A DNA stretch of 62,978 nucleotides, filler included, from Stramenopiles sp. TOSAG23-6 (taxonomy: Eukaryota): the NCBI GenBank assembly GCA_900128565.1. It is 13 parts of 13 records of this genome, joined end to end, with 100 filler letters (N's around TTAATTAATTAA, not from the genome) between each part and the next. Parts side by side here need not be neighbours in the genome. Positions count along the whole stretch, not along the records: positions 39,166 to 45,570 come from LT636705.1; positions 45,671 to 52,060 come from LT636706.1; 11 more parts are not named here. The stretch is one strand, 5' to 3'. The notes below the pieces were generated by a model. That model saw nothing but the letters and a program-made list of their open reading frames with translations. It did not search any database and was not told the DNA's origin. Numbering within the stretch: the first letter of the stretch is position 1; the number at the start of each line of letters is the position of its first letter. The position numbers and the translations under genes are program-made. This document shows positions 39,520 through 52,160 of this stretch, one piece after another.

Positions 39520-42135
39520 TCAGATAAAGCCTTTACTCATCAATATTTCTAATGAAGCCTGGTCTCTCTCTTTCTTTCTGGTTTCTACCGCTTCCTCTTT
39601 TATTTTATCTTTTATTTCCTGTTCAATGGCTTTCCTTCGTTTCTCGTATGGATCGTGACCAAATGCTATAATTAATTGGCGTGTTGACCCTCGAAATGCA
39701 CTTGCTATAGCGAGACTTCCTAATTTACCAACGTGATTATCGGCAATATATAGCTCAGTAAGACTACGATTTCGTGATAATCCTTTTGCAAATCGTTGAG
39801 CACCTGCGGCACCAATATTGTTATAACGAACATTCAGTGTTTTCAATACTTTAGTTACCCGAAGACCACTAGCAAGAAAGTTTGCTCCAGCTGGTCCAAT
39901 ATCGTTAAAAAACAAATTAATATCTTTCAATTTGGGGTGAACCTTTACAACATTGGCGATGGCTTTAACTCCATGTGGTCCTATCATATTTCCTGCTAAG
40001 TTTAATCTAGTTAATGTTTTATTACTCTCCAAAGAACGACCCAGTGCTATTGCCCCTTGATAGCTTAATTTATTCCAAGATAAATCTAGTTGAGTTACAT
40101 ATGGATTATTTCGCATTTCATCAAATATGGAGCTTCCGCTAAGTTGATCAATATAGCAAGCATGTAAACGTACTGATAGAAATATTCCAGCTTCAAGAGT
40201 CCAAGCTAGGTATTCTATATCTCGTTTTTGCATAAATATATTAACTAAATTTATACTAAATTGGCTATTTGAAGCTTCTCCTCCCCATTCACATGCCTTG
40301 AGCGATTTTAATGGGGTTTCTTTCAAAATTTCATCTTGATTGGATTTTTTGTTGTCTTTAATTCCATCAAATGTGTTTGTTTCCTCAATACGTACTGTAT
40401 TGGATTCAATTATTGTCCTATTTATTGCAGAATATTGACGCACTGCAAAAGGTGCACATTCTTCATATACATCAAGTATTTGCAATTTGGATTCTTTGTT
40501 ATCTGTAGACTCCATATTATTATTTGTAGACTCTATATATAAATTATGAAATTTCGTAGCATATTCAGCATCGGCTAATAAAAGTGTCGACTTTCTAAGT
40601 TTTTTTGTAAATTCATCTTTGAATCTGGAAGACAGATCTAATTGGGATTCGGCAGCTTTGAGTACAATATGTAGTAAATCAGGACACCGAGACAACGCTT
40701 TTCGTACCTTTGAAAATGATATTTGCATAGGTATTAATGTTTCTGCATGCAAAACTCGTTTGGTCCTGGATCTGTATAGAACTTCCAAGGTAGTCCATTT
40801 TTTCTTTGCAGGGTCGTATTCGTTTTCAGCCATTTTACGCTCAATTTGTGTATGTGTGAGCTCATCCGTTAATCTTTCTATAGTAGTAACGTAATTAACA
40901 ATTTCTTTCGCCTGAATTAAACTAATTTTCTTATCAACTCCTAGAATACTTATTTTTCTAAAAGTATTATTATTTAGGGTACCTACCCCATTTACATTTT
41001 CTTCTTTAGTATCTCCACTCGAAGACACTTTACTATCACGTATTAACTTTTTTGCATCCTTGATGATTTTTTTTACTATTTTACTTGAAAGTGTTTTACC
41101 TCCACTAAATGAGGTTTCAATGACCTTTTGCAAACGACCACGAGCTGCGCCTCTCTCCCTGTCCGTAGCAAATCGTTTCTTTTTTAATATTTTTAATTTA
41201 GCTTCTAATTTTTCTACTTTTTCACAAAGTGTACGGTATTCTGGCACAACATCCTGAAGTTCTGAACGTAAAGCGTCAAGATTATTATAAATGTTCCTTG
41301 CAGATTTCATATACTCTTTAATACCTTCTACAGCTGGTTGAAAGCACAAGCTACTAAGCGAATGGACTATATGAGGTTTCAATTTTGGTTTTATAACTTC
41401 TCCTTCCGCTAATTCGACAAGTATGTCATTTTCTTTGATTTTGTAGATAGTGTTGGGATCTTTGTCAAGGATTGATGGATCAATTCCGACAGCAATTAAT
41501 TCAGGAATGATGTCTTTCTTTTTTTTTCCTTGAGTTGAAAGCATGTCAAAATACTTTCCATATTTTGGATGATTTTGAAGTGTTACGTGAGTAGCCCTTT
41601 CTATTTCATCAGACTCAATTTCAAAATCTGGAATGTTTTCTTGGCTTATATTTTTAGACTCATCATCCTCTTCTTTCGATTCATTCATAAAAGGAAGCTT
41701 ACTTATTGTAGTGAATGGTTTGTTTGTAGTCTTGCCTATGCGCCCCATTGGTAAAATATGGCGGATACGTTCCTCAATCTGTGCAAAATCGTCTTCCACT
41801 TTGTCATCGTTTGAACGTTCACGCCACATTGCACGAACTGCGTGTTTTGCGTCACCAGGTATATCACCCCAACAAACACAGCTAAATATTCGCATAGCTT
41901 TGCCATCTATAGTAGAGAGACCGATTAGACTTCTTTTATTACGGTTATAACGATTGCTTTCATGTTGACATTCGACACAAAACGTGCCTCCCCTGGCCAC
42001 TTCAAGTGTCTTTATTCCTGCACTTTGACGCCACAAGCGGACTTCTTCTACACTTTGCTTCCACATCAATTTGACACGTTCAGCTGCAAGCTTGCGAATT
42101 TCACTCCGCTGTTGCATCCTAGCTGATTCGCTCAT
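39520..42135 (-). CDS. Coiled-coil plus RI-like LRR protein
   Basis: Repeated L..L.L..N.IG..GA..LA..L; HPKYGKYFDML...GIDPSILDKDP motif. Confidence 0.8.
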   Translation of the reverse strand: MSESARMQQRSEIRKLAAERVKLMWKQSVEEVRLWRQSAGIKTLEVARGGTFCVECQHESNRYNRNKRSLIGLSTIDGKAMRIFSCVCWGDIPGDAKHAVRAMWRERSNDDKVEDDFAQIEERIRHILPMGRIGKTTNKPFTTISKLPFMNESKEEDDESKNISQENIPDFEIESDEIERATHVTLQNHPKYGKYFDMLSTQGKKKKDIIPELIAVGIDPSILDKDPNTIYKIKENDILVELAEGEVIKPKLKPHIVHSLSSLCFQPAVEGIKEYMKSARNIYNNLDALRSELQDVVPEYRTLCEKVEKLEAKLKILKKKRFATDRERGAARGRLQKVIETSFSGGKTLSSKIVKKIIKDAKKLIRDSKVSSSGDTKEENVNGVGTLNNNTFRKISILGVDKKISLIQAKEIVNYVTTIERLTDELTHTQIERKMAENEYDPAKKKWTTLEVLYRSRTKRVLHAETLIPMQISFSKVRKALSRCPDLLHIVLKAAESQLDLSSRFKDEFTKKLRKSTLLLADAEYATKFHNLYIESTNNNMESTDNKESKLQILDVYEECAPFAVRQYSAINRTIIESNTVRIEETNTFDGIKDNKKSNQDEILKETPLKSLKACEWGGEASNSQFSINLVNIFMQKRDIEYLAWTLEAGIFLSVRLHACYIDQLSGSSIFDEMRNNPYVTQLDLSWNKLSYQGAIALGRSLESNKTLTRLNLAGNMIGPHGVKAIANVVKVHPKLKDINLFFNDIGPAGANFLASGLRVTKVLKTLNVRYNNIGAAGAQRFAKGLSRNRSLTELYIADNHVGKLGSLAIASAFRGSTRQLIIAFGHDPYEKRRKAIEQEIKDKIKEEAVETRKKERDQASLEILMSKGFI

Positions 42136-42410
42136 ACTTATATGTTGCTAAGGTTTCATATTTTAATTAGTTTAACAAATTACTTCGAAATAAGAATGGA
42201 AATTACTGTAATCTACGTAATTATGTAACTGTTGGATGAAACTTGAGATGACTCGTAGTTTTCGTTTTGGTACAAAATTCTGTAGTAAATTCATCTTTTT
42301 TGGAGTCAGCGGAGTGAGCATGTTTGAAGTACTACACGTACTAATAATTTCATACGAATTGGTATTCTATATCACCACGTCTTGTAATCGTGCTTGTACG
42401 CCGGTACAAG

Positions 42411-45285
42411 ATGGAAGCTTTAGACGCCGCATTCCCCACCATTGGTGAAGCCATGCCTTCAAATGTCACCACATTTGATGATAATGGTAAGAAGAAAAAG
42501 AAAAAGAAGAAGGATGCTTATGGCTTTGCAGCATTTGGTTTGTGCAAAAATGTCTTTGGTGCAATTAGGCGCATTGGATATAAACAACCCACACCCATAC
42601 AAAGAGCGGCTTTACCTCCAGCGTTGTCTGGTGCAGATATTGTTGCCATGGCTAGAACTGGTTCAGGTAAGACTGCTGCATTTATTATTCCTATCATAGA
42701 GCGTCTTCAAGTGCATAATAAACGCATGGGCTGTCGAGCAGTACTGATATCTCCAACTCGTGAGCTCGCTACTCAAACGCTTAAATTTGCACGGGATCTT
42801 TCTAAGTTTACCAACCTTCGTTTGTGTCTTCTTGTTGGTGGTGAAAGTATTGATCGACAGCTGGATGTCTTATCAGCAAATCCTGATATTATTATTGCTA
42901 CTCCTGGTCGAATCACACATTTATTAGAAGAAGTCAAAAGTTTTTCTTTAAATGCCGTTCAAGTTTTAGTCTTTGATGAAGCCGATCGTCTATTTGAGAT
43001 GGGGTTTCGTGATCAATTAAATGATATTCTCAAGGCAACACCAGACTCAAGACAAACTATGCTCTTTTCTGCAACAATGCCAAAAATGTTGGTTGAATTC
43101 ACACGTGCAGGATTACAAGATCCATCCTTCATTCGATTAGATACTGAGTCTCAAGTGAGTCCCAACTTACGAATGAATTTTGTGACAGTGCGCCCTTCAG
43201 AAAAACCAGCAGCTTTATTGCATATCTGTGCAGAGATTATTGGTCCAGCACAGCAAACAATTATTTTTGTGTCTACGAAGTATCATGTGGAATTTATCAC
43301 TGAACTTTTGAAAAGTGCTGGTCATCTTTGTGCCTGTGTCTATGGTGCACTCGACCCGATGTGCCGTAAAGCAAATATTGCAAAATTTCGTGCTGCTAGG
43401 GCACAATTTTTAATTGTGACAGACGTAGCCGCTCGTGGTATTGATATTCCAATGCTTGATAATGTCATTAATTATGATTTTCCAGCTAAGCCAAAGTTAT
43501 TTGTACGTTTTCATTATGAATATCAATTTTTTTTTTCGTACGAAATGTTGTACCTAACAAATTTCGAATTTTTTTTTTTTTACAATACATGTGCATCGTG
43601 TTGGTCGTGCTGCTCGTCAGCATCGGAATGGTAGTGCTATTTCAATGGTAACTCCCGAGGACCTGCCATATATGCTCGACCTCATGCTTTTTCTTGGCAA
43701 GAAGCCAGATAATGGAGATGGTAGAGGTCCTAAATTTACATTAATAGCCGATGGTGGTGATACAACTGCTATTGAAAAAAATGACTCTATGAAGAAGAAA
43801 ACGATCTGCAAGCCTGAAAAGTATTCTCTATCTACGCAGCAACCTGATGAATTACACTATGGTGGACTACCTCGATTTCTATTAGATAGTTCTGTTGAAG
43901 CATATGAAAGTTATAAAAATTCAAGTGTAGCAATACAAGAGACCGAGAGAGTGGCTCTAAATGGATATAAGGCTTATATCCGGACACGTCCTCCAGCGTC
44001 CAAGACATCTCAGCATAGATGTAAAGAACTGCATCCTATTCTAGTACATCCTCTTTTCCGAGAAGCAGCGGAACTTTCAGGTAGCAACGCTACCGCTGAA
44101 ATATTTGCTAGTAAACTTTCTAATTACAGGCCTTCTATGACTGTGATGGAAGTACAAAATTTGAAATCTGGCAAAGGTGTTTTGGATGTTTTGAGAGCTA
44201 AGCGAATTGCACACCAGCGCCATATATATACAGTCCGTACTACCGAAAAGAAGAAGCATTCAGAATGGTTATCTGCCGGTGGGTATGAAAATGATACAAA
44301 TGATAAGCAAATGATCAAAACTGAAACTGTTTCAGGTGGAAAACGAAAGCAAAACCAGTGTAATGATATCAGTGGTTCAGATACAATTGAAATATATAAA
44401 AAACATAAAACAAATAAAATAGCAAAATGTCAAGCAAAAATTCCAAAGCGAAAGTTATCGAAAGCGGAGAGAAAACGAATGAAAAAACAACGATTAAATC
44501 CGGCGATATCAAACGCGGTCAATATAAACATCAATACAGATGATAATACAAATAACACTACAAACAATAATACAAAAACTCCATTAAGTTTCCGTGATAA
44601 TTCAGTGTTTATTAATGTACGCCAATCGGATAGCGAGGTAGCAAGTAGTCGTGGTCTTTCAATACGAGATAATGTCAATGGTGATACAGCTATAGCTGCT
44701 AGGCAACATATGCAAGAAGCTGTGCTCGATCTGATGCCCGATGAAGTGTCAAAATTAGGTGAACAGAGACGATTCTTCTGGGATAAGAAGAAAAGAAAAT
44801 ATGTAAAAACGTCATTAAATGACATAAAGGCTAATAAAAATAGAGTCAAAACTGAAAGTGGTAAAATGGCTAAAAAGGAAGTTGGTAAGATTTATGAACA
44901 ATGGTGTAAAAAGAATAAACGAAGCATTCTATCCATCGGGGAGGAAGAAGGTGGTGGTACTGCTGCAAGTACTATAGCCTTTGAAGCGCAAGGTATGGAT
45001 TTAAAAACAATGCGAAGAAAAGGTTTATCTCGTGGCGCAATCCGGGAGAAAGAGAAGAAATCAAAGGCAGCTACTTCTGGTGGCGAATTGTATAGCGCAG
45101 AAACGATTCGAAAACAACGCAAAGAAAAAGAGAAAAGAAGAGCTAAAAATGGCCGAGGGCGTGGTGGTCGTGGTCGAAGTAGAGGTAGAGGAAGTGGTGG
45201 ACGTGGTGGTAAAAAGATTCCAGGATTTGGGCAAGGTAGAGGTTCCAAATTTGGCAAGGCGGGATCAAAAAAGCGACGACGTTAA
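42411..45285 (+). CDS. DDX54: DEAD-box RNA helicase DDX54/Dbp10; exons 42411-43502, 43591-45285
   Basis: MARTGSGKT, PTRELA, DEADRLFEMGF, SAT, HRVGRAAR, C-terminal WDKKKRKY...KTESG. Confidence 0.92.
43503..43590 (+). mobile_element. Repeat-family intron, GT...AT, just before helicase motif VI
   Basis: TTA TTT|GTACGTTTT...TACCTAAC...ACAATACAT|GTG CAT CGT gives KLFVHRVGR; the 88-nt intron contains no AG. Confidence 0.9.
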
Positions 45286-45452
45286 TTAACCATAGTAATA
45301 TGATATTCTAATAAAATCAGTTTAAATTGTTTTAATTTTCATATGTGCTTCATTAGTAGAAAGAGTCCATGAACAAATATTCTTATCAAAACATCATCAT
45401 TTTACTCAAGTCATTTGAAATAAATGTAACCCATGAGAGATGCAAAATGAAA

Positions 45453-45569
45453 TAGCTCAGCAAGCAGGCTTCCAAACGGGTCCCCCACGATCGTACTAGC
45501 TGCTCTCAACCGGGCTTAACTTCTCAGTTCGGATGGGATGAGGTGCTGGTCCGGTGATATGGCCGAGCT
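45453..45569 (-). rRNA. 5S rRNA
   Basis: AGCTCGGCCATA...CCCATCCGAACT..GAAGTTAAG...CTAGTAC...GGGGGACC...GGAA...GCTGAGCT; complementary ends; ~117 nt. Confidence 0.93.
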
Positions 45570-45723
45570 GNNNNNNNNNNNNNNNNNNNNNNNNNNNNNN
45601 NNNNNNNNNNNNNNTTAATTAATTAANNNNNNNNNNNNNNNNNNNNNNNNNNNNNNNNNNNNNNNNNNNNTACGAAATTTTGTACCTAACGATTTTTTTT
45701 TGAAATATTTTTCCAAAATACAT

Positions 45724-46246
45724 TACTACACTCAAGGCAATGGTTAATGTCGCAAATGAGGGGAAGGAGGATTCATCTAAAAATCTCGAAATTTGTGCTG
45801 CCTCTGGTATCACCGAAGATAATGTAGTTCATTTGGCTGAAAGTAGCGGTGTTGCTTCTGTTCATGTACGTTTTCAAAATTTGTTTTTTTACCTATTGTT
45901 TTTTTCATAGAAAATTTCGTACCTAACGATTTTTTTTACCGAAAAAAAAATATTTTTCACTGTACATGGTTCCTTTCGTACTCGAGTAAATGGTAGAATG
46001 CTCTGGCGACGACAAAATCTTCCACCGGTTCATATGGGTCAAGGGTTGGAAAATAGTAATGCAGAAAGTGATCATACTGAATATACTCTTAAAGTAGCCT
46101 GCGAAGATCGCATTCGCGTTGTTGTGTCTGATTTACATGAATTAGCTCTTAAACAAAACAGAAATAAAAAAAAAGCTGGTACAAGTTGGGTTGATATCGA
46201 TGGTGGTTATAACAGTGATGAATCTGATAATGTCAGCGTTGAGTAA
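45724..46246 (+). CDS. CutC-like copper homeostasis protein, C-terminal part; intron 45866-45967
   Basis: ICAASGITEDNV..L....GV.SVH-GSFR...M.WR...VHMG...EY pattern. Confidence 0.7.
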
Positions 46247-46450
46247 TAACCTGCGCGAGTGGAGTTTTCACAACAAATTTATTTTAGAATTGCCACAAAA
46301 AAAATTGAAACTAACATTGTATAAAAAAATAAAATGCACCATAAAAAACATCGCCTGTATTTCGATATATGTTTTTATTAATATAACACAACATCAACCT
46401 CAATAAAGCATTTTAGCTACCAATGTTGATAAATTCCAAATTCGATTCAG

Positions 46451-49400
46451 TTAATATAATAGCATTCCACCAAGACCAAATTTGATCGTAGTACTTAACC
46501 GAGATCTCATCATAGACAGCGAAGTGTACGCAGGTAATTCTAATGTAAAGAAACAAGTGTGTGATATAGGTAACGAAGAAAGACTGCCTTCCATTCTTGT
46601 AATTGTCAAGTGATGTGACCAAGTGCCACGTGGTAATCTATTTCTACCCCAAGCAAATCGAATAAATCTGCTTCGTTCCTCATCGTCCCAATCATTCATT
46701 ACTTGCCAGAAGAATTTTATTGTAGGATCATTGTGCTTATATCCACGATACTCGGTATGTTGCTGAAGGATACTCACAGACACTTCCTCTCGGCCACAAC
46801 ATAATTCCTCTAGTTCTCTTGAAGTAAATAAACGTAGTAATCTACCTGGGACAATAGTAAACAATCCTCGACGAATGGCAAGAATTTGTATATTAAGTAT
46901 TGTGAAAAAATATTTTTTTTTACGAAAAAATAAATCGTTAGGTACGGAATGTAGAACGAAAAAACAAATTTAGGTAAACAATTCAATTTTGAAAACATAC
47001 AAATTCTTTCATTCGTGTTTTTTCTGCAAGTTCAAGATATCGTTGGCGTTGCTGCCACGAAACCTGAACGTCCCGACCACCATCATATAATTGAGATTCT
47101 GATCCATTTGCCAGAGTAACTACAAAACGTAAATCGCCAAAATCATCTTTGAAGTCAGATTCAATTTCACTCACAAGATCAGCAGCTTTTATCACTTTCT
47201 CCTGGGCCTCTTCAGAATGTCCAGACAATTTCAATGTTTTTGCTTCTTTGTTTAATCTACGAATTAAATCTTCATCATCTTCTCTATATTCCTTTGAAGC
47301 CTTTAAAAATGTCACAAAAACTTCATCAATTCCTGATAAATCGCGTGTCTCGATGTCTTCATCAAGAATCGCTTTCCATATTACAGGAGGAAAACAGAAG
47401 GGAAGGCTTGCCTTTGTTCTCAAAGAAATTCCTAATAATTTACCAATGAATTCAAACATACGTATATGTTTCGGTGATGCAGCTGCCGCATTTGGAACAT
47501 ACGCATCTTGATTTTGACCTATCTTTTGGACCCCATTTGGGCATAGAATTAACAAGTTCAAGTCATTCGAAAATAAGTCTTCGACCATTTGAGTGATTGC
47601 TTCCCTATATGGTCCTCCAGCATCCACAGCACGTTCACCAGCAAATTTTACGCTGAATACATGTTCATGATGCCGTAATTGACTTGGAGGGCGTTTGTGT
47701 AATTGGCGAAATGCTTGAGTAAATAAGCAATTAGACAGTGTGGCTTCAGTCACACCATCTTCCTTGGACTTGATTGCTTTCTGACGATCTAAGCGAAGTG
47801 ATACGCTAACACTGCTTGTAGTTGATTTCAAACCACTCACTAACAAACTAGATTTGACATCCGCAAAAACAAGATATGCTAAACTACGCAAAAGAAAACC
47901 AAAACTCCATTCACACTCAACCTTTGTAAGATCAATTAAATGTACCACATTTGATAATAATTTGTTAAAATTCAATATTATAGAAAAACGAGTCGCGATA
48001 TCTTGAGTATTTTTATTTGCCAAGCGTTGAAATTTCATTTTGTCTTTTATCGAGATTTGAGATAATTGCTGGGGTGAAGCATGAATTGTGAAAAAAAAAA
48101 TTCTAGTAAAAAAATCGTTAGGTACGAATTTTCATTGTAAAAAAAAATCGAAATCCTATTTTGAAAACGTACATGAAGTGACATATGCCTGTAGTGATCC
48201 TGAGGAAATCTTTTCCCCTGACAAGCTGACTGTTGTTCGACAATATTATTATGCATTCGAACTAATTCTGCATCATCTTCAAAAGTCCAATTTTTGGGTA
48301 ACGAATTAATGGAATTAATGAGGCTATCGCGAGCTTTACTCGAATTTCTTTCCTTTTTCAATAATAAATTCATTATTTTCTTTGCCGGACGTCTGGTATT
48401 GGAAGGATTTGAACTTACTTTCATCAATTGTCTCATGAATTTATTTAATTTTGCCGCGCGAATGTTTGCCGCAAAACCCCATAGTGAATCAGTGTTTTTA
48501 TCACCTCCGTCAATTGTGACAATCAGAACCTCACCTTTCATTTTCATAGTTTCCTCTATAATAAGTTTATCTGTTCTAATAAAACTATGATTTGATAATT
48601 CAAGTGTCTCTTTTCGTTTTGTTATTACGCGTTTTGTATCCGCTACAGACCATGATACTTCAACACCTGACATTTTCATGTCTTTTGTATACGGAAGATT
48701 TTGTAAAATATCACGACAATCCGGAGAAATATCTTCATTCTTGCATTTTTCCAAATATGCTTCGGCCTCTTTTTCAGTTTTGAAACGAAAATATTTTGAA
48801 GTAGAGTCATTTTTTATTTTACTAATTATCTTGCTAGATGATCGAAAAACCCCAATTTTCCTACCCTGTGTTATAGCATACCAAGAACCTTTTGAAGCAG
48901 AAATACTCTTTTTTTCTGTAGAGATCTTATCCGTTGTATCCTTATTTTGTGTTGATTCTGTGTTTTTCTCAATGTTTTTATTCGTTTTACAACTATTTGG
49001 ATTTTTAGGATTTTTAGGATTACTCATTGCACTTTTTTTAGAAGGATCGATTATTTCGCATTTGAATGATTGAAGAATTAGAGTTGCGTCCGGTGTAATC
49101 CTTGATCTAAGATCGAAATCTATTTCCATAGAATCACCACCTGCCACATGTATTTTGGAAAAATATTTCAAATGTTTTTCGTTAGGTACAAAATTCGTTA
49201 GGTACAAAATTTCGTACGAAAAATAAATTCGAAATTGTAAAAAAAGTAAAACATACATGAGCATAATGAAACTGAATTCGATCTTTTGAACCTATTTTTC
49301 CAGAAGAATGAGGATGTACAGATTGCATAAACCCACCGCCTCTCATTTCAAGTGCAGCCGCATAAACAAAAGATTCTTGAAAATTTTTCGTCTTTTTCGT

Positions 49401-52060
49401 CTTGTGGGGCGTACTTTGACATAAAAGTCCATTCATTACCGATACAGCTTCATACAGTTTTTGAGATTCTGAAGGTGGCGGAACTTCTTTTGATTCTCTA
49501 CTTGACACAATTGCTTCTAACTCAGGCCAATGAGAATAAATAAACTTTATATGTTTGCTTTCTGTTTTTAAAAAGGATTTTGAAGCATTTGAAAGACGTG
49601 AACACATAAATTTTCGAGCAGTTACAGAAAGTTCGAGTAAACTTTGTAATCGAGATGGTAAAAGTTCACAACTCTGCTTGCGATTTCGAGAATCTCGCCG
49701 TGAATCTAATGTTGCTCGTATACATCTTTTTTCTGCATCACTTCCGATCTGTTGCACAACAGATATACACGAAATTGGAAATCCGATTCCATCACCAGGA
49801 AACAAATTGGGTCGTTTAAGAAGTTGGGTGAGTAAAGCGACCACGCGGTTTTTATAAGGCGCCCCAGACGTTCGCAGATATCGTAATAAAGCTTCAACAA
49901 CAGCAGGTGTATGTATTGCGCGGCGAATTTTATCATCGCCTTCAGATAAAAGAAATTCCAAGACCCAACAAGCCCATTCCAAGCAAGACTCTTCAACAAC
50001 TTCCAATTCTGAAAGCCATTGAAGACCATTTATTGGTGAACAATATTTATTGTAGTCAAAACAATTGTTAGGTGCAAAATTTTGTATGAAACAAAATTAA
50101 TTTAAAATTAAATTTGAAATTGATGATGAAAACGTACATGAATTGGCGAAACAACAAATTTATATCCCCACCCATGTTCACTATTATTTGGCTTATTTGA
50201 TGAAAATGACACCCAAAATTTTTCTTGGTGGATTATAAATGCACGCCACTCCGACGATGAAGCTGAATCTCTCTGGGAATCAATACTTGATCCTTGCATA
50301 CTTGCAATCAAATTACTTTTTCCTTTATCCGCCCAAAATTTTAAAACACACCCTTTCGCAGTTTCACAACGGCGGTCAAATGTCACACGGACAGCTTTGG
50401 CAGCTGAAAAACTCACGGCAAATAAGTAGTTACATGTTGATACAAAAGGGTGTAAAGATTCATACGTTTTGATAGATTTAGTTTCTTGAGACGTCGATTG
50501 TAATAAATGAGATGTACACTGTCTCACTAATTCCGATCCAAGAGTACCGACTCGTGATTTTGCTGTAGGACTTTTTTCATTTTCAAGATGTTTCATCTGA
50601 ACATTAGGTGCTTTGGCCTTCATTGTAGGATTCATCGATAGTGATAATGCAAAAGATAAAGCTTCACTTTCATCCTCATCACTACTCTCCACAACATCAG
50701 CATATTCCGCAGTACTTGATGAGCTTGAATTCGTATGTATATCATCAATTTCATCACTTTTTTGTTTATCACTCTCATGACTATTTATATCATCATCTCT
50801 ATTGTGTTCAATGTCAGTATATATTACTTCGTCTTCAAGCATCTCACGAAGAACTGTACGAAGAGATGAAACAATGGAGTCATTATCCCCATGAACAACA
50901 TTTTCCGCGGAAACATTTTCGTCACTTTCAGACGAATTTTCATCCATGGCAATTTTTCTGTCACCATTAGAACTTTTCTTTTTCTTTTTAATATTTTGCT
51001 TTCCATTCAAGCCTTCTGCAGCAATCAAAAATTTGCATACAGTCACAAATTTTTCCATAGACTTTTTCGCACCACATAAAAATGTTGATTTTCTATGCTC
51101 GCGAGGCCACACACGTAATAGATTAACTAATGTTTTTCGTGCATAATTCACACCTAAAGCAGAAATGGTTCGTAACATTCCAGCTTGTATAGATCGTATT
51201 CCACCACCAAAAGGGCTTCCAAATATTTCTAGAGGTCGTTTCAAGCAGCTGGCACGAAATGTGCGAGTACTCCCAAATCCAGAATCTTCATTTAAGATAC
51301 GTACCTGGCAGACCCAATCGCTTTTTTTTGCAGCGGTGACTGTCGTATCATCCTGAGGTACATTTCGATCAACAACTGCGTTATATTTATTTATCAAAGA
51401 GGCGGCATAAACATCTGGGCCACAGGACAATAAAACACCAATACTGGCATCACTTGTACTTGGACAACTACTGTTTACAATATTACCAGCTATGACAATA
51501 GATCCAATATACGCACGAAGTTCAACGCCATGTAAGGGCAGCGATGAAAGTTTCATTTCTGATATATTGCAGAAACCTTTGCTACTGTTCATTTTACTTG
51601 CACCATTAGCAGAATCCGGTTTATTATTATTATCACTCACACTAACCTCGCTTGAATGTAGTAATAAAGGATCAACTTCAGTCATATCCTCGAATGCCGC
51701 ATCATTGCTTTCTTCAGATCCTGTTTTCCCTTCTTTTTTACTTTCACGATGTATTGTGAAAAATGTTTTTTTCTTTCGTTTAAAAAATCGTTAGGTACAA
51801 AATTTGGTACAAAACAAATCTAGGTAAAAAAACTCAATTTTAAAAACGTACATCATCTTCTCGAAAAGCTTCTAAATATCGACCACCTGCGTCAATGACC
51901 CAATTTGTCGCTGAACTAACGTGACCATTAAACATTTCCAAAGCTCTAAAACAAAGACGTGGCGGGAAATTTGACAATTGAGCCATTTCAAGACTCATTT
52001 CCCATCTCTTTTTATCCTTTCCTTCATGCCCACCACCTACTTCTTTTGCACCCTTCATGA
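46451..52060 (-). CDS. Large HERC-like HECT E3 ligase, 5'-partial; introns 51851-51749, 50137-50028, 49256-49148, 48172-48081, 47000-46895
   Basis: FAGERAVDAGGPYRE, FIRFAWGRNRLP, LPISHTCFFTLELPAY; UBA-like segment upstream; all five introns restore frame. Confidence 0.88.
46895..47000 (-). mobile_element. Repeat-family intron, GT...TT with duplicated TT
   Basis: GAA TTT|GTATG...CAATACTT|AAT ATA CAA gives RMKEFNIQILAIRRGL, matching the HERC-type R..EF..Q..A.R.G pattern. Confidence 0.8.
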
Positions 52061-52160
52061 NNNNNNNNNNNNNNNNNNNNNNNNNNNNNNNNNNNNNNNN
52101 NNNNTTAATTAATTAANNNNNNNNNNNNNNNNNNNNNNNNNNNNNNNNNNNNNNNNNNNN

